From Bugula neritina (lineage: Eukaryota; Animalia; Bryozoa): DNA of 29,278 bases. Location: the NCBI GenBank assembly GCA_964035545.1, contig CAXIUT010000195.1, forward strand, positions 1 to 29,278, read 5' to 3'. The notes beneath the pieces were generated by a model. That model had not been told where the DNA came from. It ran no database searches and worked only from the letters and a program-made list of their open reading frames with translations. The position numbers and the translations under genes were made by a program. How positions within the stretch are numbered: the first letter of the stretch is position 1; the number at the start of each line of letters is the position of its first letter. Of this stretch, positions 1 through 11,099 are shown in pieces.

Positions 1-117
1 CCCAACCCCAACCCCAACCCCAACCCCAACCCCAACCCCAACCCCAACCCCAACCCCAACCCCAACCCCAACCCCAACCCCAACCCCAACCCCAACCCCA
101 ACCCCAACCCCAACCCC
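1..117 (+). repeat. Left telomere, (CCCCAA)n
   Basis: Perfect C4A2 tandem repeat at the 5' end of the window. This is the Tetrahymena/oligohymenophorean-type telomeric repeat. Confidence 0.98.
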
Positions 118-237
118 ATAATTTTGATTTTAAATATGTAGTAAATTATATAATGAGTTTCAAATCAGATGTTAGAATTATTTACTTTTTTATGATTAGA
201 AAAATATATTTATTGAATAAAAAAGTAAATAAAACAT

Positions 238-2019
238 TCATAAAAGTCCTCCAATATTTACTTTGGCAATAGTTCTATTCCGAAGTTGTTTGAAAGGTAT
301 TTATGATGTAGATTCTATTGATGGAGCTCTCAAAAATTGATTTTTTCGACTATTTTTTTATTTTAAGGAACTTATTTTTGCTATTTTATTTGAAATACCT
401 GGAACCAAAGGCTTTCTATTGACTTTGCTAGTATAAGTCATTTGACTTTTGTTCAGTTGATCTAAAATATCTTGTTTAACTCCTGTAAGGGTCTTCATCG
501 AGGAATGAGGAATCCTTGAAGCAGGATTTAATTAAAATAAATCTAAAAGTGATACTAGTATATTTTTGCCCAAATTTTAGTAACTTTTAATGGTAAAATA
601 ATTATTTTTTCTTCCACAGTAGTATGAAGATTTGATATTTTAGAGTTAATCTGGAAGTATTGAATGTCTATCGAACTTTCTATGAGCATTTTCAATTGAA
701 GGAATCTAATTTAGGCAATTACTAGCTGTATAGCCACATTCCATAGTATATGCAAATGGCATGTTAAAATGAGTATTAAAAACAACTCTTCCTGCTCCTT
801 ACTTAGTTAAATCTTAATTTCTATCTTTGGCGTTCATATGATATTTACTAAAAGAACTAGCATTGTAATCGAATTAAATACAATTGAGAGATAAAAGTTT
901 GGCAAAGAGTTGGGTTTCAGCTTGTTGTGGAAAAGTATCCATAGCATTTCCATATATAAAATTCCCTTTTTTCTGAGGATGTGAATGTAAGTCGATATAG
1001 AAACATAACCTTTCTTCACTGTGATAATATTAACCTATTTTTTTGATCCCAAATACTGAAGGTTGTTTATATACATCAGGATTATGATAGAATCTATTCA
1101 AATTTTGACCTAATAAGTCCATTCTATAGTGACCATGAGATACTCCATCGGGATTAATCATAGGAACTAGCTTAAAAAGAAAGTTTCTTCTTAGATAATG
1201 AGCTCTCGCGTCATTTGATAGTAAAAATTTAAGTAATCCATTGAAAGTATGACTTGAAGGTGCTTATCCAGGATGAACTCTTGCACTGATTAAAACAACT
1301 TTTTTAGATTTTTTGAAACTAGAAGGTCTATCTCCATGATTGAAAAGAAATTAATTGATCTTTTATTCTTTGTTATCGTATTTATCATCATTTGAACTAA
1401 CAGTTAAGAGGTGTATCGATCTTCCTTCTATGGATTTAATTAGAATTTAGTCTTTATAGTAAATCTGCTTATGACCTTTCAGATCTTTACCGATAGTTTT
1501 AAGCATTTTTTCACATTATTCGTAACTAAATGGATAGCTATAAGCAAAGTATACTGTCTGTCCTTTGGGAAAGATAAAATCGAAGTGTAGTTATGTATCG
1601 TCTTACTTAGTCTATCATCTATATTAGATAAAATACGAACACAATAGCTTGCTAAAGTCTTTGCCATTCTTCTCCTACTATCTTATAGACAGGCCTGAAG
1701 TAATCACTAAACTTAAGCTATATATGACAACTGGTACTTGTGTACTCATTGGAGACATCTTCTTGATTATGAACTTGACCTTCGTGTGGAAAGGAACTCC
1801 AGCTACTGAGAAGTAGAACCAGCCTTTCGAGTGGCTGATATACTCTGAGGTAGAGCAATCGTTGGCTGGGATAATTATGACTGATTGATTGAGACCAATA
1901 GTAGCTTGTGCCATGTTTCCTGAATCAAATTGACTTGATATAGTAATTGGTGGTGAATCTTTTCTTAGTGAAATTGTAAAAGTGTTTTTAGGTGAGAGAA
2001 TGGGTTGAATATTTTACAT
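238..2019 (-). CDS. Cytosolic carboxypeptidase (M14D, CCP5/AGBL5-like tubulin deglutamylase)
   Basis: Read with TAR=Glu it shows FDSGNM, WFYF, VYFAYSYPFSY, Zn-binding SARVHPG[TAA=E], PMINPDGV, NLNR, IDLHSH and catalytic YTMECGY. Introns at 1718-1737 (20 nt) and 1612-1636 (25 nt). Ends in TGA. Confidence 0.9.
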
Positions 2020-2162
2020 GTTATAATTTTAATAAAGTAAGAAATAATGAGAAAAATTCTCAATATCAACAAACTGTGAAAGTTAAATTAAAAATAGATG
2101 AAGCTAAATAATATTATTTTACTCTTTTGAGCGCTTTATTGAAAATTATAAATATATAATTA

Positions 2163-3016
2163 ATGAGTACTAAAGAATTGCCTGTCTTATAGCAACTAAA
2201 GGAGCAACAAGTGGTAACTAATCTTCTATCTAGAAAGAAAGCTTTGAATCGAGAGAAAAAATACGGCAAAGTAACAGACTATCTAACTCCAAAGATGAAG
2301 AAGTAAAATAGCAAAATGGCGCAGATTAACTCTAAAAGACTGAAGCGAAGGTTGTTATCGATGAGTCCAAGTTGTTCGATAAGAAACCAAGTATTTTTGG
2401 AAGTAAAAACTAAAACTAGACCAAATCAAACATTTTTGCCAACAGAAAATCAGTCAATTTATTCAATATTAATCAGTCAAATGGAAGTGATAAGACCATC
2501 AACATATTCAAAATGGCAGCTAGTTCGCAACCTGCAGTCGTCAGCCCTTAAGACGATGATTTTCTTTCCTAAAGTAGCAATAATTCTCAAGAGTTAGTTG
2601 ACAAACAAAATCTACCAGACCCTTAAACTAAAGTCATGAAGTTTGAGTATGAAGAAACAACTTAAAAATTGGGTGAATTCAGGATGGCTAAGTTCAAAAA
2701 TGGAGCTAATCCAATCAAAGAAGGTTTGATTCTAAGTCTAGAAAAAGACAAAAACAGTGAATCAACTGTGCTATACCTCATACTGAGAAACTAAGCTACC
2801 AAAATCAGAATGTATGAAGGTTTTATACCCCAGAAAACCAAAGTTGAATCATTTATGAACCGTGAAGAGAACGTGAAACTATGGGTAATGAATCCTCGAA
2901 AAGATGGATAAAAGGTGACAAACGAGGCAGAAAATGTAAAACTTCAATTTTAGAAAGTATAAGATGCCAAAAAGTTTAAATAAATGTTGAAGAGTCCTGA
3001 AAAAGTAGAGTAATGA
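2163..3016 (+). CDS. Putative Nup50/Nup2-like protein with C-terminal RanBD (PH-like) domain
   Basis: Open in table 30 after a 20-nt intron (2214-2233). It has a low-complexity N-terminal half with SIFG/NIF/LFN motifs and a C-terminal LYLILRNE..KIRMYEG..KLQFEKVEDAKKFKEML segment resembling a RanBD. Ends TAA TGA TGA. The product call is tentative. Confidence 0.55.
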
Positions 3017-3057
3017 TGAATGTATGGGTGATGATATCTAAATAAAAGTGTATTTAA

Positions 3058-3672
3058 TCAACAGCAATTATCTTAATTTTTCTTTTTCTTTCCTATATCT
3101 TTTTGTTGTAATTTAAAACCCTAAACTGTAGATTCTAATTTCTTTTTTCTTTTAAGAATCTTAGCTACTAATTGATCAAAGGCTACTCTTGTAGTCTCTA
3201 AAGCTTTAGCACTGGTCTATACATATACGATACCTATTTGTTCGGCTATTTAATTAGCTTTTAGTTTAGTAACTTCTCGATCTTCTTCTAAATCGATTTT
3301 ATTTCCAACAAGTAAGAGATCTATTTTGGCTACATCTGTTTTTTAGTTGACTTATTTGATCCAAAAATTGATCATATCGAACGACTTCAGGCTTGAAATA
3401 TCAAAAACCATAAGTATTCCATCTACATTTCTATAATAGTTGGGTGTGATAGTATTGTACCTGGTAGTTCCTGCTGTATCCCATATTTGTACTCTTATCG
3501 AGGTATCATCTTCTAATTTAACAGTTTTTTGTTTGTATTATACTCCGATAGTGGCTGCGTGGTTGGCACTAAACTATTAGTCTACATATTGTTTGAGGAG
3601 AGAACTTTTACCAACACAACTTTCACCAATTATGAGTAACTTGACACGTATCTATTAACGGGATGAGTTCAT
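3058..3672 (-). CDS. Rab-family small GTPase (atypical G3 motif)
   Basis: GESCVGKS, ATIGV[TAA=E]YK, WDTAGTTRY, NYYRNVDG, GNKID, [TAG=E]TSAK and a C-terminal CC prenylation motif before TGA. Intronless. Confidence 0.93.
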
Positions 3673-3847
3673 ACAGGCTATTATCTTGAACTTAACTAAT
3701 AGAATTATAAAGGTTTGTTCAATAATCAACTAGAATCATCTTTGGGTGGAAAAAACAAAAATACATATTTATATGGCTGATGTCTAATAAATTTTTGATT
3801 GACATTGTCCTAGTTCAAATATTTAAATTAGATTTTGATTTATATTG

Positions 3848-4683
3848 ATGTTAAGAATCATCAGAAGACTATCTTATAACTACCAAGTTATCAAACGATC
3901 AAATGGTCTTTCTGGCACTCCTCTTTCAAACATGTAGCAATTCTATCTAACAAATGACCAAGGGAAGTAACTTTCTTTCTGGAATGATGTTCCAATAAAT
4001 ATCCAGAATGACACTTTAACTTGTTGCATCGAGGTGCCCAAGTAACGTAGTAATAAGTACTAGGTCATAAAAGAGATAAAATATCATCCGTTTATGCAGG
4101 ATACTAAAAAAAATATATTTAGTAGATAGGAATAATTGAGATATTATGCGATCTTTCCAATATTTAACTATGGATTTATTCCTAGGACTTGGTAGCAAAA
4201 TCTTGTTAAAGATAAGATGGGCTATTATGTACATTTTTATTTATTTGAGGGAGATGATGATCCTATTGATGTTTGTGATTTGAGTCAAAAACAAATGCAA
4301 ATTGGTTCGATCTTTCGAGGTAAAGTGCTTGGATGTTTCTGTCTGATCGATCAAGGAGAAATTGATTGGAAGATCTTGACGATGGATGCTGAGTAGGCAT
4401 AGCGCTAGAATGTAGTTGGAGATTGAAGCAGATTAATGATATCGATGACATAGCCAGTGAACGAGTAAGGGCAGTAATGGATTGGTTCAAGAAGATCAAA
4501 GTATTTGATGGGAAGAAAGCCAATACGATAGCATATGACGAGCAGATCTTTTCAAAGAATACAACAATGAAGGTAATAAATGATACTCATTTGGAGTGGA
4601 AGAAGTTGGTATTGAGTTCTGACCCTGTATATAAATCAATCAGATAGAAATATCATATATCTGATATTGTTTTGTAGTAATGA
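3848..4683 (+). CDS. Soluble inorganic pyrophosphatase (family I), probably mitochondrial
   Basis: SFWNDVP, IEVPK, NYGFIPRTW[TAG=E], GDDDPIDV, LIDQGEIDWKI, WFKKIKVFDGK and an Arg-rich N-terminal presequence MLRIIRRLSY. Intron 4412-4431 (20 nt) and probable intron 4229-4249 (21 nt, in frame). Confidence 0.92.
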
Positions 4684-4712
4684 GATGACTATTAATGACA
4701 TTTTATTGATGA

Positions 4713-6363
4713 TCATCCCTGTGGTTCTGGTTCAACTACATCATCGATCTTGAGGATCATCTTTACCACTTGGGTGGCTAATTGAAGTTGTCCCTTCTTG
4801 GAAAGAAGTGTTTCAAAAACTTTTTGTTCTTTCATGTTGGAGTTGCCTGTTGAAAGACAATCAATCCCGAATTCTGCATTTGATTTTTATGTTTGATCTA
4901 ATTTTGCCTGGGTAACTACTTTTAATGCATTAAGTCCTGAATTTTCAGCAAGGGCCATGGGAATTTATTAAAGAGCATCGGCAAAAGCTCTAACTGCATA
5001 TTGTTCAGTGGTTTTAATTTCTTTTGCGTGATTATTGACAGCCACACTTGCAGCGATTTCTGAAGCTCCTCCTCCCCAAACGATTCTGTTGCATCTGATA
5101 AGAGTAGAGACAACACAGAGAGCATCATGGATTGATCTCTTAGCTTCTTCTACGATCATTTTTGATCCACCTCTGACGAGAATGGTGACTGCTTTACAGT
5201 TGGCACAGTCTTCAATAACAAGCATCTTTTCATCGCCTGTACCGAAATGGATTTCTTTTATTCTTCCAGCTTTTCCAAGTTTTTGAGCTGTGATTTATTA
5301 AAATCTGGGAATAATTCTAGCTCCAGTAGCCATGGCAATAAGTTCAATATCAACTCCTCCAACCCATCTAACTGCTGGCAATTTATGTTGCAACAAAAGA
5401 TGGTTAGCTTCATCTTAGAAACCCCATTGACAAAGAGCAATATTACATCCATTCTTTTGAAGATAATCTATCATATCTGTGAAATATTTTTGTTCAAGTT
5501 TGTATAATTTTTGGAAACTTTCAGCACTGGTAATATCAATGTTATGTTTGGTTTTTGGTTTAGGAGCTTAGAAAGGACAAGTTAAGATAGCTATTCTTGC
5601 ATCAAGTACTTCTTTAGGCATTTGTGGATGAGAAAAATCTTTATCAATGAGGATACCTTCAATCAATTGGGTGTCTTCAATGCTAGCACCTGTTTTTTAT
5701 TGAATTTTAATTAATTCAAGATTAACATCTTTTCTTTCCAAATCAGCTACATCAAGGACAGCTTTGACAGCAATTTATGCTAATCTTTTTTTATCTTTGC
5801 TGACAACTTTAGATCCCAAGGAAACGCAAGCAGCATCTACAAGTCCAGCATACTCTTCTTTTGAAAATTTGATTTATTCACTAAATTCTTACAATCTTTT
5901 GACAGCAACTTCAACAGCGATATCAAATCCATCAGATATTTTCAAAGGATGCAATCCTAAATAACTAATATAATACCTTTATCTAATAATTTTTATGCTT
6001 GTTCAAGTAGTGCTCCAGCAAGTACGACAATTCCTGTTGTTCCATCACCAACTTAGTTATCATGACTTTTTGATAGTTCAACCATCAATTTAGCAACTGG
6101 ATGTTGAATCTCCATCTTTTAGACAATAGTAGCACCATCGTTGGTCACTGTTACTTCTTGATCACCAGACATAAGCAATTTATCAAGTCCTTTAGGTCCA
6201 AGTGATGATCGTAAAGTGGAGGCAACTGCTTTAGCGGCAAGGATATTTCTCTGGATAGAAGAGATTTTACTTTAATGGCATCAATTCCTTTGACTCTCAT
6301 CTTGGAGTCCTGTTCTTTGATGACAATGAAGGGTCGTCCGTACTAGTCGAATGCTAAACTCAT
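4713..6363 (-). CDS. CCT5: T-complex protein 1 subunit epsilon (chaperonin CCT/TRiC)
   Basis: MSLAFD[TAG][22 protein letters not shown][TAA][22 protein letters not shown][TAA][25 protein letters not shown] and KMILKIDDV. Two 20-nt introns at 6251-6270 and 5957-5976. Confidence 0.97.
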
Positions 6364-6404
6364 AATTTTAAAAAGATTTAAATATTATTTTAAGTTGTCT
6401 ATTA

Positions 6405-7480
6405 TCATTTCCGTAAATATTCATGTTTAAGATGATTTTTGTCGTAAGTAGATGTGTATGGTTGGTAAGGTCTCCCTATCTTTTCTTGAGTTAATATTGA
6501 AATCTATCCTCCAGCAGCTGGAATACGGGTCTGATAGTTCTTTTCATAGAGCTTTGTTATGATAAAAATACTGATTCTTTATGGAATTAGCGGGCTGATT
6601 GGTTGGGATCAGGTTCATAGAATGAATTTACTTGAGTTTGTGGGGTAACTTTTTGTCCATAAGAGAGATCATAGCATGTAGATAGTTGTCTTTTTTGGAA
6701 CTAGATAAATGAAAAGATACATCTTCAAGAGCAATTCCATGACCGAATAGAACATCTCTTTGTTCTCCTTTATGATGAGGATAGACAAATTTATGATATT
6801 ATACTTCTTAAAACTTCTGGATTTCAGGTTTAACGATGGAATTCGATGCATAAGGATTGATTCCTTTGGTAGTGACATGCTTGTCAATTTTAGCTTTTTA
6901 TTTTTGATCAACATAAACTTATGATCCAATACTCGGTCTGTTTTTCAAAATTTATCCTGTTAAAATATCTGGAATATCTTCTCCAAGGTTCTGCACTGAG
7001 GGATCGTTTCCTTGAGGCCTATGGAATTTATTTGCTAATTGTTGTCTTGTGACTTCATATGATTTACCTTCACTTTATAGTCTTTATTATAGTTTTGGAT
7101 TGTTGTTGACTAAAGGCACCTTTCTTGCTACTTATTTTTAATGGAATATGCCATATGAAGTTGATTTTTATGGTCTTTTGTACTAAATAATTTTATTGAT
7201 ACAGGCTCTCCAGTCACTCCGAACCCACTCTTGTAAAATTGAGAGCGGTCTGGATTTTGGCTGGCCATGAACTCATTGGCTCTATGAAGTGAGTGAGATA
7301 AGTTGTGATTGATTTGGTTAGTTGTGACTTTGGGAGCGTCGGGGAGTGGACCCTAGATAGAAAGAATGATACTTTTTAATGAAGGTCTCTTCCTATTTTA
7401 TCTTCGACAAAGTTTCCAACTAAGACACCGTGGCGGTATTTGTTGACTGGATCCATGACAGAGTAAGCAGACATTGACAT
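6405..7480 (-). CDS. Putative ciliary microtubule inner protein, CFAP107/C1orf158-like
   Basis: N-terminal KYRHGVLVGNFVEDK resembles the YSxxVLIGNWxE motif of CFAP107/CFAP95-type proteins, followed later by VLFGHG..STCYDLSY. Four 20-nt introns (7353-7372, 7183-7202, 6701-6720, 6552-6571) give one continuous ORF. The family call is tentative. Confidence 0.6.
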
Positions 7481-7820
7481 TTGGAAGTTATATATTAGTT
7501 ATATTATGGTGTTTTATCATCAAAACATGATATTATTCACAAAAAAAGTCTTTTGATGATGATTTGAGTGCTATTTTGGAATAATTATCCCTTTAAGTAA
7601 GGAATATTTTAAGTTACTGAAGTATTCATATTCAAATAGAAGATATTTGAAAATGAATAGAGGGTTTTTAGATAGAATTAATCATTTAAGATCTTTTATT
7701 GAGAAATAATATGACTTAGAAGATGATTATGTTCAAATCTTGGTGATTAACAGATTATAATAGTTGTTTAGCCTCTATAACACAAGATGACCTCTCCCAT
7801 TAATAATAATTAATTTACAT

Positions 7821-8502
7821 ATGTCCTAAGGCGCCCTTCAACCTCTCAACAACCAACCATCCACCCACCAGAGAAAAAAGTCATGGACCAAGCAGGAAGA
7901 CTAGGGCTATCATACATCCATATGCACTCATGCAACTGAACACACCAACAAAAACTAAGAAGAAAAAGAAGAAGGACTTATCTCCTCCAGCTCAGATGAG
8001 TCGAGTAAACAAGAAGAAGAGAAACCTCGAGATAGATGGAGTGGAGGCTTAAAAGAAAGAAAAAAAGTTGAAGAAAGTCGGTAGTGGGGCAAGTTAGGGA
8101 GAAACAAACGTTCTTATTCTCGTCATAATGACTCTAATTCTCGGTAGGATAATTACTACTCAGATCTAGAAGTCGTTAAAATTTGAAAAGAGCTCAGCGC
8201 CAACCTTCTTACTATCCTGATCGCAGTGAAAGTCAAAGCAAAGAGTACCGTCACGACCGTTAGACTATTTAAGTTAAAATTTTGGTGCCTAGAAGACTAG
8301 GCCAGGACACTCAAGAATTGAAATATTTGTAGACTTTATGCAAATCAAGGATAATTATTGGAGAACAGGTACTCATAATGTGATATAGACAACTGGTGGG
8401 GAGATAGTTTTGATAATTAGAGGGCAGTTGAAAGATAACATTGAGTGTTTAGAGTTGCTGCAGAAACGATTGGCTAGAATGAAGATCTTTGTGTCTAGGT
8501 GA
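7821..8502 (+). CDS. Charged/RS-rich protein with a degenerate C-terminal KH-like domain
   Basis: Continuous ORF after 20-nt introns at 8144-8163 and 8369-8388. The C-terminus EVKILVPRRLG..LETLCKSRIIIG..IVLIIRGQLKDNIECLELL fits the KH beta-alpha-alpha-beta-beta-alpha pattern. Confidence 0.55.
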
Positions 8503-8600
8503 TTGGATAACTGTATGCATTTATTTGGTGATATCATTTATTGTTTAAAGAAGATATCACTCAATGGTTTTTATTGATTTATAATAATTGATTAATCGAG

Positions 8601-8999
8601 ATGAACAGATTCCAACGCTTGGCTTCTAGCCATAAATACTATGGCTATCTTAATGAGTATACTCCCTAAACTTTGAGGACTTATCAATCATAACGTTTTT
8701 ACTGTTTGGGTCGAAGAGGTGCATATGATACTTTGGTTCTTAAAATGGGAGCAGACCATATCAACTACGAGTAGGAGATGAATCAGCAGTATAAAACACC
8801 TACTGTCATTGTGAACACTTGGATGAGAGTGGCTTGGTTCCTGTTTTTGATTCCAGGATTGATGCTTATGGTAAATCAGGATGATATGGTAAGAATTTTT
8901 GTTCCTCACAGATGGAACTACATAGGCAGAGCATCAGATGTCAATATTCCCACAAGATACGAGACTTTATATGCAATCGACAATATCCCAAAATATTGA
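8601..8999 (+). CDS. Small single-pass membrane protein, possibly mitochondrial (132 aa)
   Basis: ATG to TGA ORF in table 30 that extends the supplied 8778-8999 ORF. Starts MNRFQRLAS and has one hydrophobic segment VAWFLFLIPGLMLMV. No family recognised. Confidence 0.7.
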
Positions 9000-9074
9000 T
9001 TGAATCATAATCTAATCATCTATTTCATTTGTTTAACATCTAATAATAGTTTAGAATGATAAAATTAAATCAAA

Positions 9075-9145
9075 GGGGTTGGGGTTGGGGTTGGGGTTGG
9101 GGTTGGGGTTGGGGTTGGGGTTGGGGTTGGGGTTGGGGTTGGGTT
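9075..9145 (+). repeat. Internal telomeric tract (GGGGTT)11+GGGTT
   Basis: 71 bp of G4T2 repeat in right-end orientation, 75 bp after the preceding stop codon. Confidence 0.97.
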
Positions 9146-9161
9146 AATAAAGTAGTACGGA

Positions 9162-9824
9162 ATGGAGGCTGTTGTTAAATTGGTTGATACTATTCGACCA
9201 TTTTTACCTCATTTTCTTACAGATTAATAACTAATACCATTGACAATCATGCTTATTGGTATGATAATGCCTATTGGCATTGGTTCTGCGGTTGTTGTTG
9301 TTGATATTTTATCAAGTGTTAGCATTTTTGGAGTTAAAACTGGAGTGGCTGCAGTTAAGGGGACAGCTGGTATAGTAAGAACTAGTGTAGAAGTAGCAGC
9401 TGATTTGTTAATAGTAAAACCTGTATATTTACTATCATACCCTTTTCGAAGATGGAGTTAGAAGAAAGACGTGATGGAGAAGTTATAAGCATGTCGATTG
9501 ACTGAATTTTAGTTGATGAAGTATCAAAAGATGTATAGAGAAGTAAAATAGGTGGATAAAATATTTATAATGATTCGGGAAGTAGGTACAATTAATGAAA
9601 ATAAGCAAGATATTAGGGCATTAATTGGATCTCTCGACTGGAATGATAATGTAAGTCGTTTACTACCTTTGATAAAGAAGAATAGTAAGAATTATACAAA
9701 AGAAAGTATTCAGTTAATTTGTAATAAGAATATAGTTCGTTGGGATGCAAAATTAAAGTAGTTGCCAAGAAATGAGATTGGAATTGTAGAGGTGTACTAT
9801 ATTGTTTTGGAAACCTTTGGATGA
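9162..9824 (+). CDS. Hypothetical membrane-associated protein, possibly 5'-truncated
   Basis: Joins the supplied ORFs 9240-9461 and 9552-9761 in one frame through TAR codons and ends at TGA 9822-9824. It has a hydrophobic Gly/Val-rich stretch. The frame stays open upstream into the telomeric tract. Confidence 0.6.
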
Positions 9825-10177
9825 TTACTTTAATGTACTTTTAAAAGATTTTTATCTCTTGTATAAATATTTATAAAGAACAAGTTTTTATAAAACTTTT
9901 TAAAGTTAATTCAAGCCACCAGAAATGAAAACAATTCTTAAGTTAGTCTATTTGTCAATTTGTTATTTATATTATATTTTAATCTTACATTTCCTCACTA
10001 TAATCTCTTTTATAAATGCTGATAATAATATAAATCATTTTTAACTATTTTTCCTCATAATATAAAGCTTCTTTATTCTATCTCTAATTTATTGGAAATA
10101 ATTGAAAAAAATGATGATTTTAAAAATATAGGCGGGTATAACTATTAATTTGACTAGTTTGAATCCTTATAATATAA

Positions 10178-10948
10178 ATGAAGTTGACTTGTTTAGTACT
10201 GCTTCTAGCTCTCGCCTTTCTCAGTGTTGCAGGACCTTACCCCAACGAATTCACCGACAGTTAGCATGTTCGGATTTAACTTTCTTAATAGGAAGGAATA
10301 CGTTTCTTTTTTGGTAACTTAACAGATGAAGAAAAGATCTATATCTAAGAAAAAAAGGTTATTCTCTATTATGATGGTGTAGGGTTCTGTCTCTTCTAGA
10401 ATGGTTAATTTCCAACTTTTGATTTTCTAGATAGAGTTGTATCAAAAGAGCTAAATATTGAGTATTTGAAGTAAGTAGAAAGTGATTACTCTTCATACCA
10501 TCAAGGAGTGTTTGTGGGTTCAGGTACAAAAAACTATATAAATTTACCAGTTAAGCTGAACAATAAAGATTGCCCTATCTCTATTAATGTGATATTCATT
10601 GTGTCAGTTCACAATACTCCTTGGATGAAAACATAAACATATTTGGCTTCATAAGTGATTGATAAACTACAATAACTATGTCCTCAAAATTAAGAGTATA
10701 ATGGAGAAGTGTTGATAAACTCTTGGCCGGTAAAAACATTTCAAGCAAGTAGAAAAAGTTAATTGTCAGCTAATGTGCTTGGTTATAATTATATTCATAG
10801 TTTTGCTCCGGGAATAACAAATTCATATGATCAAGAATATGTACGAAAATTTGAACTCTTTTTTAAATAGAAAAACAACCCTCGAAATTAAACTTAGAAA
10901 ATAGGAGATGATATTCCTTATTTTTAGAAATAGGATAGTGACATGTGA
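10178..10948 (+). CDS. Secreted protein (256 aa) with a retropepsin-like pattern lacking the catalytic DTG
   Basis: Signal peptide MKLTCLVLLLALAFLSVAG. Intronless ORF in table 30 with the segment INVIFIVSVHN..TYLASEVIDKL..LINSWPV..ANVLGYNYI. The ORF is well supported; the fold is inferred. Confidence 0.65.
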
Positions 10949-11099
10949 TAGTGGATGACATTTGTTAATTACTTTTAAATATTTTTTAATCTAAATTTAA
11001 GTCAGTATTACAATGCAGATATTACTATTTTATTGATTAAATATTGAGTACTTTACTATTGATATATTTAGAATTCATATTATTTTAAACCAAAATCAA

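Noticed and set aside
1612-1640. In-frame TGA read-through in the CCP5-like gene via an alternative 22-nt intron (GTTCGT..ATAG)
   Set aside because: The 25-nt GTA intron with A at +15 removes the TGA and keeps the expected aromatic residue. No conserved Trp or Cys site in the window uses TGA.
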